A stretch of 64,000 nt of DNA from Methanotrichaceae archaeon (GTDB taxonomy: Archaea; Halobacteriota; Methanosarcinia; Methanotrichales; Methanotrichaceae): NCBI GenBank assembly GCA_963754945.1, contig CAVWIG010000017.1, forward strand, positions 160,001-224,000. Direction: 5' to 3'. The notes under the pieces were generated by a model. That model did not search any database. It was not told where the DNA came from and was given only the letters and a program-made list of their open reading frames with translations. Positions 21,404 through 31,914 of the stretch are shown piece by piece. The position numbers were made by a program, and so were the translations under genes. Position 1 is the stretch's first letter, and the number at the start of each line of letters is the position of its first letter.

Positions 21404-22307
21404 GTGAGAAGATTTATTTTATTACTGTCATTGCTATTTCTCATTGCCTCGTCCATTAGTCTCGCCGGGTTGGCCGAGCCTGCATCCAAATTCCAACGAG
21501 CTTCAGGGATAGTGGCATTGCTAACCGATTTCGGAACCGAGGACTACTACGTCGGAGCCCTTGAGGGATCAATCTACAGTGCAGACCCCGACTGTGAGAA
21601 TTTCCACTATCAGCCACCAGGTAAAGCCCTTCGATATCGCCGAAGGATCGTACATTCTGGCCAAGGCGGCCAGGTGGTACCCACCCGGAACCGTATTTGT
21701 AGGAGAGATCGATCCCGGATCGATCAGAGACAGGCGATTCATAGTCCTGGAGACCCTGGACTCTAAGCTCTTCGTGGGACCGGACAACGGCCTTTTCACC
21801 GAAGTAATACACGATCTAGGACTGGCCCATGCTTATCAGATCACAAACCAAAGCCTCATGAACCGAGAGAATGAGTCCGCCACCTTCCTGGGCTTTAGCG
21901 TCTATGGACCTGTGGCCGCACACTTAGCAGGAGGCGTTAGTCCCGATGAAGTTGGACCGGAGATAAGAGATCTCACGCAGTTTCCAGTGACCCAGCCTGA
22001 GGTAAACGGCTCCGAGATCACCGGTTCTGTAGTACACGTCGACCACTACGGCAACCTGATCACCAACATACCTGAAAAGATGGCAACCGGCGCAGGATTT
22101 GTGTCCGGACGGCCGCTTCTCATAAATCTTGGCAACAGAAGCGTCAACGCCACCTTCGCGACCACCTACGGTGATGTGGCCACAGGCCAATGGCTGGCGC
22201 TTATAAGCTCCGATGGAGCCGTGGAGGTGGCCAGGAACTTGGAGAACGCTGCAAAGACTGCAGGAGTTTTGGCCGGAGAGAAGGTCACACTCTCTCCGAG
22301 GATCTAA
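21404..22307 (+). CDS. SAM hydrolase / SAM-dependent halogenase (DUF62) family with signal peptide; frameshift near 21588
   Basis: LLTDFGTEDYYVG in one frame; ISHQVKPFDI, VGPDNG, SATF, VDHYGNLITNI in the next; C4 run at 21586-21589. Confidence 0.8.
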
Positions 22308-22328
22308 TCCTCATTTTTTTAAGATGAT

Positions 22329-22745
22329 CTACAGCAGCCTGGAAGACTCCACCTTGGCGCATCTTCCCGCAACGACGTCATAACCTTCCCTATCAAGCAG
22401 CTTGATGGCTTCAGGGCTTTCAGCGCCGGGTTGCATCCAGAAGACCTTGAAGCCCTTCTCCTTGGCCTCCTCGCAAAGGGCAGGCACCGCGGAGGGCCTC
22501 CTGAAGACGTCTATGATGTCTATCTCTTCAGGGATATCTTTTAGGCAAGCGTAGACCTTCTCTCCCAGGATCTCCTGGCCAGCATAGTTAGGGTTGACCA
22601 GGTACAGCTTGAACCCGAATCCTTTCAACACCTCGGCCACGAAGTAGCTGGGCTTATACGGCACCGGAGAGATGCCTACCACGGCGATGGTTTTGCAGTC
22701 CTGGAGGGCTCTCCTCAGGTCTTCCTCTTTGGTTAAGATTGGCAT
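22329..22745 (-). CDS. CoA-binding protein (YccU-like)
   Basis: TIAVVGIS, LVNP, DIIDVFRR, WMQPG, RCAKVE. Confidence 0.9.
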   Translation of the reverse strand: MPILTKEEDLRRALQDCKTIAVVGISPVPYKPSYFVAEVLKGFGFKLYLVNPNYAGQEILGEKVYACLKDIPEEIDIIDVFRRPSAVPALCEEAKEKGFKVFWMQPGAESPEAIKLLDREGYDVVAGRCAKVESSRLL

Positions 22746-22819
22746 CTTTAATCCTCTAAAGAATAATGAACTATTTTGGCTATAATACTATCTCTCCACA
22801 ACATCAAATGACCAAAAAA

Positions 22820-22898
<79 letters not shown>

Positions 22899-23103
22899 GC
22901 AATGCCTGTTGTACTCTCCATTCTTGTAGTTTTCGGTGGTCGCTTCTCGGGATCGTCATCAAATCCATTGTACTTGAACATCGATTCATCCCGTTTGACC
23001 ATATGAGCGACGGCAGAATCATCCTCGCATGCCAGTTTCCAGCTCTTTAATCCTAGGGAAGTTCCCTTGAGTTCTCTCATGGCACGACCATCGGAAGCCT
23101 GAA

Positions 23104-24258
23104 TCAGCTCAGGATCTTGTTGTAAACCTCTTCCGTCCGCTTGGCTATTCTGTCCCAGCTGAATTCAGCCTCAATCCTGCTGTGTCCTGCTCTGCCCAAC
23201 TTTTTCATCTCTTCGGGGTTCTGGAGGAGACGGTTGATGCACCACGCTATGGACTCTGGCTGGATGTACGCAATTAGCCCATCCTCGAAGTTCTTTATTA
23301 TGCTTACAGCTTCTGTAGCAACAACGGGTTTGCAGGCGTCCCAGGCTTCCAGCACGACTACTCCGAAGGGCTCGTTCCGGCTTGGAGTGCATATGAGGTC
23401 GCAGGCGTTCATCAGCTCTTCTTTTGTGGAGGGTGAGGTATAACCCAGGAACCTGCACGCATCTCCTACATTCAGCTCTCCGGCACGGCGCTCACACGCT
23501 GACCTCATATCCCCTTCGCCCATGAAAACGAACTTCATATCCGGCCGATTCTTCAGGACCATGGGAATGGCCTCGACCAGAAGATCGGGTCCTTTCTGGA
23601 CGCTCATTCTTCCGCAGAAGAGCGCCATCGGAGACAGGGGAGGGATGCCGTACTTTTCCTTCACTCTCCCGGCATCCAGGCTTTTTCTCATCTTACCCGC
23701 TATTATGCCGTTTGGAATTATTGTGATCTTGCTGGCAGGTATGGAGTACAGCCACATTATCTCGTCCATCATCCGCCTTGTCGTGACGATTATCTGCGAG
23801 GACTCGTACTCTCCCAGCCACTCCCTATGAGATATCTCCTTGGACACGCCATTTCCGAAGTGGTTCCCGTTCCTGCCCCACTCGGTGCTGTGAATGGTAA
23901 GGACACTAGGGACACCGCAATCTTTCTTAATTCGACTCAGGGCTGGAACGGGATGCCAGTCATGCCCATGGACGATATCAAAACTACCAAATATCTTCTG
24001 AACCGCCAGAAAGCGATCGTACATAACGCTGCTCATCTTATCCATCTGGTCGACTATGCCTCTAGATCCATCATAGTCCACCCTCTGGTAATGAACGCCA
24101 TTGATTTTATCGTATGAATCAAACTCGCCACGTCGCGTAATTACGTGCACTTCGTGGCCTCTTCTGGCCAGAGCCTCTGATAGCTCGGAGACGTGGGGTG
24201 CAATCCCACCAACCTTAACTGAGTATAAGCTCTCCCAGGAGAACATCCCAATTCGCAT
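23104..24258 (-). CDS. GT4 glycosyltransferase (glycogen-synthase-like)
   Basis: KVGGI, HGHDWH, HSTEWGRNG, GRMSVQKG, PSRNEPFGVVVLEA. Confidence 0.9.
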   Translation of the reverse strand: MRIGMFSWESLYSVKVGGIAPHVSELSEALARRGHEVHVITRRGEFDSYDKINGVHYQRVDYDGSRGIVDQMDKMSSVMYDRFLAVQKIFGSFDIVHGHDWHPVPALSRIKKDCGVPSVLTIHSTEWGRNGNHFGNGVSKEISHREWLGEYESSQIIVTTRRMMDEIMWLYSIPASKITIIPNGIIAGKMRKSLDAGRVKEKYGIPPLSPMALFCGRMSVQKGPDLLVEAIPMVLKNRPDMKFVFMGEGDMRSACERRAGELNVGDACRFLGYTSPSTKEELMNACDLICTPSRNEPFGVVVLEAWDACKPVVATEAVSIIKNFEDGLIAYIQPESIAWCINRLLQNPEEMKKLGRAGHSRIEAEFSWDRIAKRTEEVYNKILS

Positions 24259-24435
24259 CTATTTCACCATTTCAATTCTCAAATGCGCTCATATTGACTT
24301 GATCTGCCCAAACTGCCCAAAATTGAGCATTTGGTTAATCTGCTGTTGAACCGAATGGATATAGAACCACGCCAGAGGCTAAGCATTTTGCGAATACTCT
24401 ATGACCTTGATAATTCATTAACCTTTCGGCTTTCT

Positions 24436-25407
24436 TTATGCCATTCTGAGCTCTGACGCTGCCTGCTCTGGAGGTACCGGATTGATGTAGACCCCTGTAG
24501 ACTTCTCGAATCCAGCGATCTTTGCCAATGCAGGCTGGATCCTTATGTTCATATGATAACCTGAGGGAGCCTGGAAGATCATGTAATTGAAAGGCGGATC
24601 GTCCAGAAGGGATTTCAGTCGCCTTAACGCGTCGCCCAGGATCTGGCCCAGATCTCTCTGCTGATCCTTGTCCATAGCCATCAGGTCGCTTATGTGCCTT
24701 TTCGGAAGAATCCATGTTTCGTAGGGTGCAATAGAATAGAACGGGGCTATCAGGACCCAGCTATCGTTGCTGGCAATGAGCCGGCTCGATGAAGCCTCGC
24801 GCTCGGCAATGTTGCAGTAAATGCAGAAGGATGCTGATGACAGTGCAGTTGTCTCCCGTTTGATGAGTGGGGGCAATATCGGAATGGCTATTATCTGAGA
24901 GTGGGTATGGCTCATCGACGCACCTGCCGCATCCCCCCAGTTCTTGAAAATAGAGATGTAGCTGACGCCTTGCATACGTCGGTAATGGGAATAACGGTCT
25001 CTATAGACCTCAAGGATCAGCTCCAACTGATCTCTGCTGAAGTCCGCCGGACCGATCCCGTGATCGGGAGAGTCCACTATCACCTCATGAAATCCATGCC
25101 CGGGCAGTGCAATCCACTCTGTCGTGGGCGGGGTGGGCTTTGGCACCATTGCAGCAAAAAGGTTGGGGAAGACCCGAGCCCTCCAGTTTCGGACCCTCTC
25201 TGCACCGTCGGCTAGAACGCCTTGATCTTGATCGGTGTAAACTGCGTCCGCAGGAGGAGTCATCTCCTCGTTGCCGGGACAGAAGGGACAGGTCTTGGAG
25301 TCGGCCAGTTCAGGTTTTGCCACCTTAAAGTCAGAAGGCCTTTTCTTTCGCTCGGCAGCGATGATGCAGTACTCGTCCAGAAAGTAGTGCTTTCTTATCT
25401 CCGGGAT
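24436..25407 (-). CDS. galT: galactose-1-phosphate uridylyltransferase family protein
   Basis: CPFCPGNE, FPNLF, HEVIVDSP, NWG..AGASMSHTHSQ; conserved-looking N-terminus (I)PEIRKHYFL..YCIIAAER.KRP extends in frame upstream of the GTG at 25323 to an ATC at 25407. Confidence 0.88.
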   Translation of the reverse strand: MPEIRKHYFLDEYCIIAAERKKRPSDFKVAKPELADSKTCPFCPGNEEMTPPADAVYTDQDQGVLADGAERVRNWRARVFPNLFAAMVPKPTPPTTEWIALPGHGFHEVIVDSPDHGIGPADFSRDQLELILEVYRDRYSHYRRMQGVSYISIFKNWGDAAGASMSHTHSQIIAIPILPPLIKRETTALSSASFCIYCNIAEREASSSRLIASNDSWVLIAPFYSIAPYETWILPKRHISDLMAMDKDQQRDLGQILGDALRRLKSLLDDPPFNYMIFQAPSGYHMNIRIQPALAKIAGFEKSTGVYINPVPPEQAASELRMA

Positions 25408-26615
25408 GCTGCCACCTCCCTGTAGATGTTCAGGGTGATCTGTGCAGCCCGTCTCCAGGTGAAGTTCTTTTGTACCCTCTCTCTAGCGTTTTTCCCCCAT
25501 GCCTTCAATCTGTCGGGATCCTCAAGAGCCAGGTTGATCCCCCAGGCTATATCTTCAGGGTCACTGGGATTAATGTGCACGCCAGTGGGCTTCTTTGTGC
25601 CGGGATGTTCCACTATCTCCCTCAAGCCCGAAACGCCGCTGGCTCCAACAACCGCGGCCTTGCCCATGGCCGCAGCTTCCAGGGCTACGATCCCAAAGGG
25701 CTCGTAGAGGCTCGGAAAGACGCACAAGTCGGCAAGTGCGTAGTGGTAAGCTTTGGCCTCTGGGTCGATGAAATCTGTCACCAGGGTCAGAAAACCTGTC
25801 TTTTCAGCCTCAGACCTGACAAGTTCCTCCAAGCTTCCTTTGCCAACCATCAGCAACCTGACTCGCGGATGCTTTTCCAGAACCTTTGGAATAGCCTGAA
25901 GAAACTGGATTACTCCTTTGACCGGTTCCAACCTCCCGATGAACAGAATCACAGTGTCATCGACGTCCAGGCCGTACCTTTCTCTAAGCTTTTCCAGCTT
26001 AGCGGGATCTATCCTCGAAGGATCGAAGAACTCGGAGTCCACACCGTGATAGCAAACCCGGATCTTTTCATCCGGAACCCCTAGATCGACAAGCTCCTGC
26101 ACCATGGCCTCCGAGACTGTTATTACCAAGTCGGCCTCCTTTGCTCCTTTTTTTTCCAGGGAAACGAGCTGAGGATTAGGGTTCTCCGACCTTCCCACCT
26201 CTAATCCATGGACATGGTAGATCATAGGCGTGCCCTTTTGCTTCACAGCCAGGGCTCCCGGAAGTCCCAGCCAATCGTGAGCCACGCATAGGTCGTTGGG
26301 GCCTTCCTGTAGGAGCCTTGAAGCTGCAAGCTGGTTGTAGCTCAGAAGGTCCAGCAGGAGATCAAGGCCGGGCCCCCAGGAAAGAGTCTGCTCAGAAAAG
26401 AAAGGTACAAGCCCGTCCCTCATGGGAACAGGCGTTTCTCTGAAGACCTCGACTCCTCCGGCCATCTCATGGCTCGAGAGGTTTGCCTCTCCGGGGACAA
26501 ATACAGAAACGTTCTGGTCCAGGGCTACAAGCTCCCTCGATATGCAGTCCACGTAGACTCCAAGGCCACCGTAAATCCTGGGAGGAAATTCGGTGGTGAG
26601 ATAAGCCACTCTCAT
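25395..26615 (-). CDS. GT4 glycosyltransferase (glycogen synthase GlgA-like)
   Basis: EFPPRIYGGLG, AHDWL, GRLEPVKG, PSLYEPFGIVALEA. Confidence 0.9.
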   Translation of the reverse strand: MRVAYLTTEFPPRIYGGLGVYVDCISRELVALDQNVSVFVPGEANLSSHEMAGGVEVFRETPVPMRDGLVPFFSEQTLSWGPGLDLLLDLLSYNQLAASRLLQEGPNDLCVAHDWLGLPGALAVKQKGTPMIYHVHGLEVGRSENPNPQLVSLEKKGAKEADLVITVSEAMVQELVDLGVPDEKIRVCYHGVDSEFFDPSRIDPAKLEKLRERYGLDVDDTVILFIGRLEPVKGVIQFLQAIPKVLEKHPRVRLLMVGKGSLEELVRSEAEKTGFLTLVTDFIDPEAKAYHYALADLCVFPSLYEPFGIVALEAAAMGKAAVVGASGVSGLREIVEHPGTKKPTGVHINPSDPEDIAWGINLALEDPDRLKAWGKNARERVQKNFTWRRAAQITLNIYREVAASRR

Positions 26616-26717
26616 TTTTTAACACCACGGTTTTAATCTCATTGAATCATGCCAGGACAAGTCTGCCGCACAGTCGGATGTCAGACAGCATTTTATAATT
26701 CGCTTTTTTGTGCATGC

Positions 26718-27509
26718 CTATGCCTGTGGCTTTATGACGACACGGTTTTCCGGATATGCTATCCTGCTCCGTTTGCAAATGAAAGACTCGTCTAAGTCGG
26801 CGGCCATCTGCCGCGCCAGCGTTATGGGGATTCCCATGATCATCAGCTCAGGAGGTAACCAGGAATTTCCTGTTGGATCTGTCGGACCAATATATGCCGA
26901 GTCTTTCGGCGCATTCTCTGCCATGCCCGCTGGAAAGGTGATCATCGCAGAACAGGTAGCCCCAGCGGGTATAACTGTCTTAAAGAACGGGTCAGAGCTG
27001 TTGAACTGTGCCAGGCCACACAGGTTCCTGATCTGTTCACTGCCTGCAAAGAGGATCAGCGATGTGATCTTGTCCGGTGTAATATCGTCAGTACAGGGCC
27101 CGATGATAATGTATTTGCCAGGCGGGGTGACCTTCCCGGCGCGCTTCCTCTGCTCTTCGAATAGCTCCGGTGTCGCCTTTAAATGCTCGGCTGCGCCGCC
27201 GCTGAAGTCCGGCGCGCCCACGGTCACAAAGTACTTGAGCTTGGGGTGAGGTTCATCGAACCCCATCCATACCATTCCTCCAGGGCAGCACTCCGCGTGA
27301 CTTGCCTCTACATACAGCCGGGGCGTCTGCTCAATAAGAGCGGCAGTATATACCGCCTTCGCTATACAACGATCTACAGCGTACGAAGGTACTGCGCTCT
27401 GCGGTATCTCATCTGTGCCATAGACACATAGAGGACGCAGCTTCAGCCTGCCAGCCTCGGCAAGCTTTTTCCCCAATTCTTGAACGCTTAACATGGCGAC
27501 CTCTGTCAT
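26718..27509 (-). CDS. DUF169-family protein
   Basis: RC...CCPGGMVWMGF, GATCS, GPTD..G, ELMIMGIP pattern. Confidence 0.65.
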   Translation of the reverse strand: MTEVAMLSVQELGKKLAEAGRLKLRPLCVYGTDEIPQSAVPSYAVDRCIAKAVYTAALIEQTPRLYVEASHAECCPGGMVWMGFDEPHPKLKYFVTVGAPDFSGGAAEHLKATPELFEEQRKRAGKVTPPGKYIIIGPCTDDITPDKITSLILFAGSEQIRNLCGLAQFNSSDPFFKTVIPAGATCSAMITFPAGMAENAPKDSAYIGPTDPTGNSWLPPELMIMGIPITLARQMAADLDESFICKRSRIAYPENRVVIKPQA

Positions 27510-27760
27510 ACAATCACTTTCGAAATGTTATGGGTTTCCGTCAAGAGCTTTTCATGTGTAATAAGTGCGCTTATATCGAAACAACGTTCATGAGATGGAC
27601 CGTCACGTTTGTCGCGTACTTAGGGCCGCTCCATGTATATCAGGCGTTCTGGCAGACTATAAGTATTCTACTGCCGGAGGCTGGAACGTTTTGCTGCTGT
27701 CGCCCTTCGTCGGTGGCTGAAAACAACGCGATCGCAGCCTCCATGTGCCATTGCTCGAGA

Positions 27761-29545
27761 TCACACTACCAGGTTTCTGTAGTACTCCATCACCGGATCT
27801 GTCCAGGCAAACTGTTTAGCAAGGGAGAAAGACTCTTCACATAGTAGCCTGTACTTGACCTCGTCCTCAAGGTACGTCCAGGTGAAGTAGTCCATCGCCA
27901 GGGCGTAATCAAGGACTGTCTCCTCCTGGAGCGCCTCGATATTGTCCACTATTATTACCCCCCCAAGGCCGGGAACGCGGTGCTTGATCTTCTTCAGGGC
28001 ATCGCTGTACCCTGCGGCACGGCTGACGATGCTGGGAGTCCCCTCTCTCCCGGCCTCCAGCGCAGTAAGCAGGAAGGGCTCATACTGAGAGGGGAAGATA
28101 CCGGCAATACAGCCTGCCATGATCTCCTCCGCAGTCATGGCTAGGCCGCCGTCCTCAGGTCCTACCCACTGGGGATAAAGGAGAGCCGCCACTTTCCTCT
28201 TTCCTGATATCAGCTCGGTCTCGTCCAGACCTCTCTCCTTGATCATGTTCTCAAGTCTGATCTCGTCTCCTACCAGAACCTCGGGAGGCAGGTTGATGGG
28301 AAACCCCTCGGGCAGCTTTTCTTTGGCCTTGGGACCATGAGCGGCTATCAAAAAGCAGATCACGCGAGTATCTTCAGCATGGCGCTGTCCGACAATTCTG
28401 TGCTTCAGAAGATGGTCCTGGAGAACCAGGGCATCGAGGAGCTGTGGGTAGCCTTTGTTCTCGATCTCAATCCTGGAGATTGTGAAAAGAGGTAGTAAGT
28501 TCGCCGGGTCCACGCACTGACCGTCGCAGATCTTGTAGAGGTTGTCCGCTAGGAACTTCTGGATCTTGGCCCGGCACTGATCCTTTTTGTCCCAATCGAT
28601 GTCTTCTGAATCAACCTCTATGCCGTTCCGAACAACAAATCCCTTCAAGTTATGGAACAGCATGGCCTCCTTCATTGTGGAATCCCCCACATAGGTCACC
28701 ACATCGGCATACCTGGCCAGGGATTCCAGAGCGGCAAATCCTAGCGGAGTTCCTGGCTCCACTTGGGAATCGTTTGAGGCAATCTTCTGGAGGGTTTTGT
28801 ACCCCGCGGTCCGCCCTGGAACAGTTGCGTGCAGGGTTGCAACCGTCCTGACTGGTACCCCCATCTTCTTCAGCCTTGCCAAGGCATAGAAGACCCCGAA
28901 TTCATGACAGTGCAGAGATACCCTAACTTTGGGCATTACCGACCTGGCGAATTCGGAAACTGCTTTGTCTTCTTGCTTCCGGGCGACCTCCTCGTGGATC
29001 AGTGTGAGGCTACGCACAAACTCGGATATCGCATAGGACAGATCTAGGTAGTGCGTGTACTCGGCGCCGTAATGAGTTCTTTCGAACTGAATGGAGTCCA
29101 GACCAGCCAGCTCATAAGCCTCTGTCTTGATAGCGTTGTTGAGGGTCAGATCCTGGTTTTTCCAGCGAGTCGTCCTTGACTGATAGTAGATGGTATTGAA
29201 GAGCAGGTAGCCGACGGGGACATCAGCGACCTTTCTCTGGAAGGCAACCACTTCTATGCCTGCTGAGGTCAGTGATGAAATGACCGAATCCAGTTCCGGC
29301 CCCATGTTCAGCTTTTCGTAACCGGAGAGGTCAGTGACCCTGTTTTTTCCCTTATTCCAGTCAGACCCCGGTGTTGGATAGTAGGGCCCAGCAACTAGAA
29401 TGCGGAGGTCCTTGTCGATCTTTCCCTCAGCAGCCAGGCTGGCCAAGGTCCGAGACTCGGCGTCGATGACATTCCAGATTCCTCCCATTTTGTTCGAGGA
29501 GGGACCACCTTCTTCTCCTGCAAGGACGATCCACCTTTGAATCAT
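27761..29545 (-). CDS. GT3-like glycogen synthase
   Basis: NKMGGIWNV, HCHE, TLHAT..GR, SRIEIENKG, FPSQYEP motifs typical of GT3 synthases. Confidence 0.78.
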   Translation of the reverse strand: MIQRWIVLAGEEGGPSSNKMGGIWNVIDAESRTLASLAAEGKIDKDLRILVAGPYYPTPGSDWNKGKNRVTDLSGYEKLNMGPELDSVISSLTSAGIEVVAFQRKVADVPVGYLLFNTIYYQSRTTRWKNQDLTLNNAIKTEAYELAGLDSIQFERTHYGAEYTHYLDLSYAISEFVRSLTLIHEEVARKQEDKAVSEFARSVMPKVRVSLHCHEFGVFYALARLKKMGVPVRTVATLHATVPGRTAGYKTLQKIASNDSQVEPGTPLGFAALESLARYADVVTYVGDSTMKEAMLFHNLKGFVVRNGIEVDSEDIDWDKKDQCRAKIQKFLADNLYKICDGQCVDPANLLPLFTISRIEIENKGYPQLLDALVLQDHLLKHRIVGQRHAEDTRVICFLIAAHGPKAKEKLPEGFPINLPPEVLVGDEIRLENMIKERGLDETELISGKRKVAALLYPQWVGPEDGGLAMTAEEIMAGCIAGIFPSQYEPFLLTALEAGREGTPSIVSRAAGYSDALKKIKHRVPGLGGVIIVDNIEALQEETVLDYALAMDYFTWTYLEDEVKYRLLCEESFSLAKQFAWTDPVMEYYRNLVV

Positions 29546-29557
29546 TTTTTTCAGACC

Positions 29558-30313
29558 TCACGGATATGGTGATAGAGATGAGACTGACATACCATCCTCA
29601 GAGATGTCCAGAACTCGAATGGTGTTGGCGATCTTTGAACCCCTCATCTTCATTATGTAGATCGATCTGATCATGACGTTGCCTATTCGTTCTCTATTGA
29701 GCACTGTTGCCGAGTCGGCTCCGTACTCCAGGATCTGGTTCATTCCAAAGGCGGTTCCAATGGTTATGACCGAGGTTAACCCGTTATTCCTCAACGAATC
29801 GAAGAGGTCATCTGTGAGGGATCTGATCTTGAACGGCGACTCTACGGCTGTGAAGAACGCCATGAGATCATCTATGAACAGTCTGTTTGGTTTTTCTTCC
29901 TCTATCTTCCGCTCCACCAGTTTTCTGAAGTTCACCAGAAACTCGACGGGATCAGCATCTATGCTCTTTTGTAGCCTCAGGACAGGGTCTGTCACATCGA
30001 TGATGCTTATTTTCTTTTCCTTTTCCAACCTGGAGAAATCCCATCCGAAGGAGGCGCTCATCTCTCTCTTCAGAAAATCAGAGCTTTCTGATGGTGTGAT
30101 TATCATGCCCTTGTCTCCGGATTTTGCCCCCTCGTAGATAAACTGGCTGGCGAATACGGTCTTTCCGCTGCCTGATGGCCCAGTTATCGTGTTGACAGTC
30201 CCTCTGTGAAATCCACCGGCTACCATCTCATCAAAACCCGGTATGCCCGATTTCACTCTGGGGTATAATTTTGATTGTTCAATTGCCACTGGTTCCTCCC
30301 TGAAGTACGACAT
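29558..30313 (-). CDS. single-domain KaiC/RAD55-like RecA-superfamily ATPase
   Basis: SGIPGFDEMVAGG, Walker A GPSGSGKT, Walker B LFIDD, KMRG arginine finger. Confidence 0.88.
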   Translation of the reverse strand: MSYFREEPVAIEQSKLYPRVKSGIPGFDEMVAGGFHRGTVNTITGPSGSGKTVFASQFIYEGAKSGDKGMIITPSESSDFLKREMSASFGWDFSRLEKEKKISIIDVTDPVLRLQKSIDADPVEFLVNFRKLVERKIEEEKPNRLFIDDLMAFFTAVESPFKIRSLTDDLFDSLRNNGLTSVITIGTAFGMNQILEYGADSATVLNRERIGNVMIRSIYIMKMRGSKIANTIRVLDISEDGMSVSSLSPYP

Positions 30314-30432
30314 TTCGCCATTCTTGCAATTACCTGCTAGACTATTTTTCGATGGCTGAGGTAATTAGTTTTTTGGTTCTTTGGGGCTTGGACTCGAAGG
30401 ATGTAAATAATTTAGGAGACGATTGGGATCAT

Positions 30433-31914
30433 ATGACCGATGTATCCCTCTGTTTTGAGGTTCATCAGCCCATCAGGCTCAAGAAAGAGTTTTTTTGGGA
30501 AGGTTCCTCATTAAAAAGGGTTGCCCCTGGCCGTCTCATGGATTTCTATTTCGATGACCAGGAAAACCGCAGGATATTCAACCGTGTATCGTCAAAGTGT
30601 TATCTCCCCGCAAACCGCATAATCCTCGATGAGATAAAACGATTTGAGAATGCCGAAAAGCCGTTCAAAGTTGCCTACAGCATCTCCGGCGTATTCCTGG
30701 ATCAGTGCAGGCGCTACAATCCAGAGGTTCTGGACTCATTCGCCAGGCTGATTGACACAGGCAAGGCAGAGGTGATGGAGCAGACCTACTACCACTCTCT
30801 GGCGAGCCTGTACGAGGATAAGCAAGAGTTCTATGAACAGGTCAAGATGCACCGCGAGCTTATATGGGATATATTCGCAACTCGTCCTACCACTTTCGAG
30901 AACACAGAGCTTCTGTACGACGACCAGATCGCGCGAATGGTGGAGAGCCTGGGCTACAGGACCATCTTCACCGAAGGAGTGGTGGCAGATCCTAATTACG
31001 TTTACAGGCCTTCGGGAACGGATCTATCTCTGCTTCTGCGAAACTACAGGCTAACAGACGATGTGGGTTTTAGGTTCTCAGCCAAGTGGTGGGAGGAGTA
31101 TCCTTTGACCGCGGACAAATACTCCAACTGGCTGTCGGCAACTCCCGGGCAGTGCATCAACCTCTTCTGCGATTACGAAACCTTTGGGGAGCACCAGTGG
31201 CCGGAGACTGGGATCTTCGAGTTCCTCAAGGCACTCCCAGAAAAGATTCTAAAAAAGGACAACCTCAGCTTCGCAATGCCCTGCGAGGTTGCGGCCAGAA
31301 ACAAACCCGTCAAGGAGATAAGTATCCAGAAAACCGTGTCCTGGGCCGATATGGAGAGGGACACAAGCTGCTGGCTTGGAAATGCTATGCAGTGGGCCTG
31401 CTACACCTACGAACGAAGACTTGAAGCGCCTATCAAGGAGAGCCAGGATCAAGAGCTTCTGAGCGTGTGGAGGATGCTTGGTCTTTCAGATCACCTGTAC
31501 TATATGTTCACCTGGGGCGGAGGAGCAGGTGAGGTTCATAGCTACTTCAGCCCGTACAAAAATGCCTACGATGCGGCGGTGACCTTTTTTGCAGTCCTAT
31601 CCGACCTTCACTTCCGGGTCAAAGAAAAGCTGAGGCTGGCTGATGAGCCATTCAAATTCTCCTTTGGCATTGAACAGTCCACGGGTGATGCGGTCTGGAG
31701 CCTCGAGGGGATGCAGAGAGCCCTGGCCAAGGTCGACATAGAGTCGATTGAATACCATGTTAAAAACTCAGATCTGGCCAACTGGGTCAGGACCAGTCTT
31801 GGAGAAGAACAGCTGGCCGAAAAGTTGGAAGACGTAGGCGATCTGCACGACGAGAAACTCAGACTGAGGCTGCTAGATGTTGTTGAAGCCAGCCTAAAGG
31901 AGCAAAGACGGTGA
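30433..31914 (+). CDS. GH57 alpha-amylase/amylopullulanase with C-terminal extra domain
   Basis: FEVHQP, TYYHSL, FENTEL, DYETFGEH, SWAD, SDHLYYM. Confidence 0.92.
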   Translation: MTDVSLCFEVHQPIRLKKEFFWEGSSLKRVAPGRLMDFYFDDQENRRIFNRVSSKCYLPANRIILDEIKRFENAEKPFKVAYSISGVFLDQCRRYNPEVLDSFARLIDTGKAEVMEQTYYHSLASLYEDKQEFYEQVKMHRELIWDIFATRPTTFENTELLYDDQIARMVESLGYRTIFTEGVVADPNYVYRPSGTDLSLLLRNYRLTDDVGFRFSAKWWEEYPLTADKYSNWLSATPGQCINLFCDYETFGEHQWPETGIFEFLKALPEKILKKDNLSFAMPCEVAARNKPVKEISIQKTVSWADMERDTSCWLGNAMQWACYTYERRLEAPIKESQDQELLSVWRMLGLSDHLYYMFTWGGGAGEVHSYFSPYKNAYDAAVTFFAVLSDLHFRVKEKLRLADEPFKFSFGIEQSTGDAVWSLEGMQRALAKVDIESIEYHVKNSDLANWVRTSLGEEQLAEKLEDVGDLHDEKLRLRLLDVVEASLKEQRR

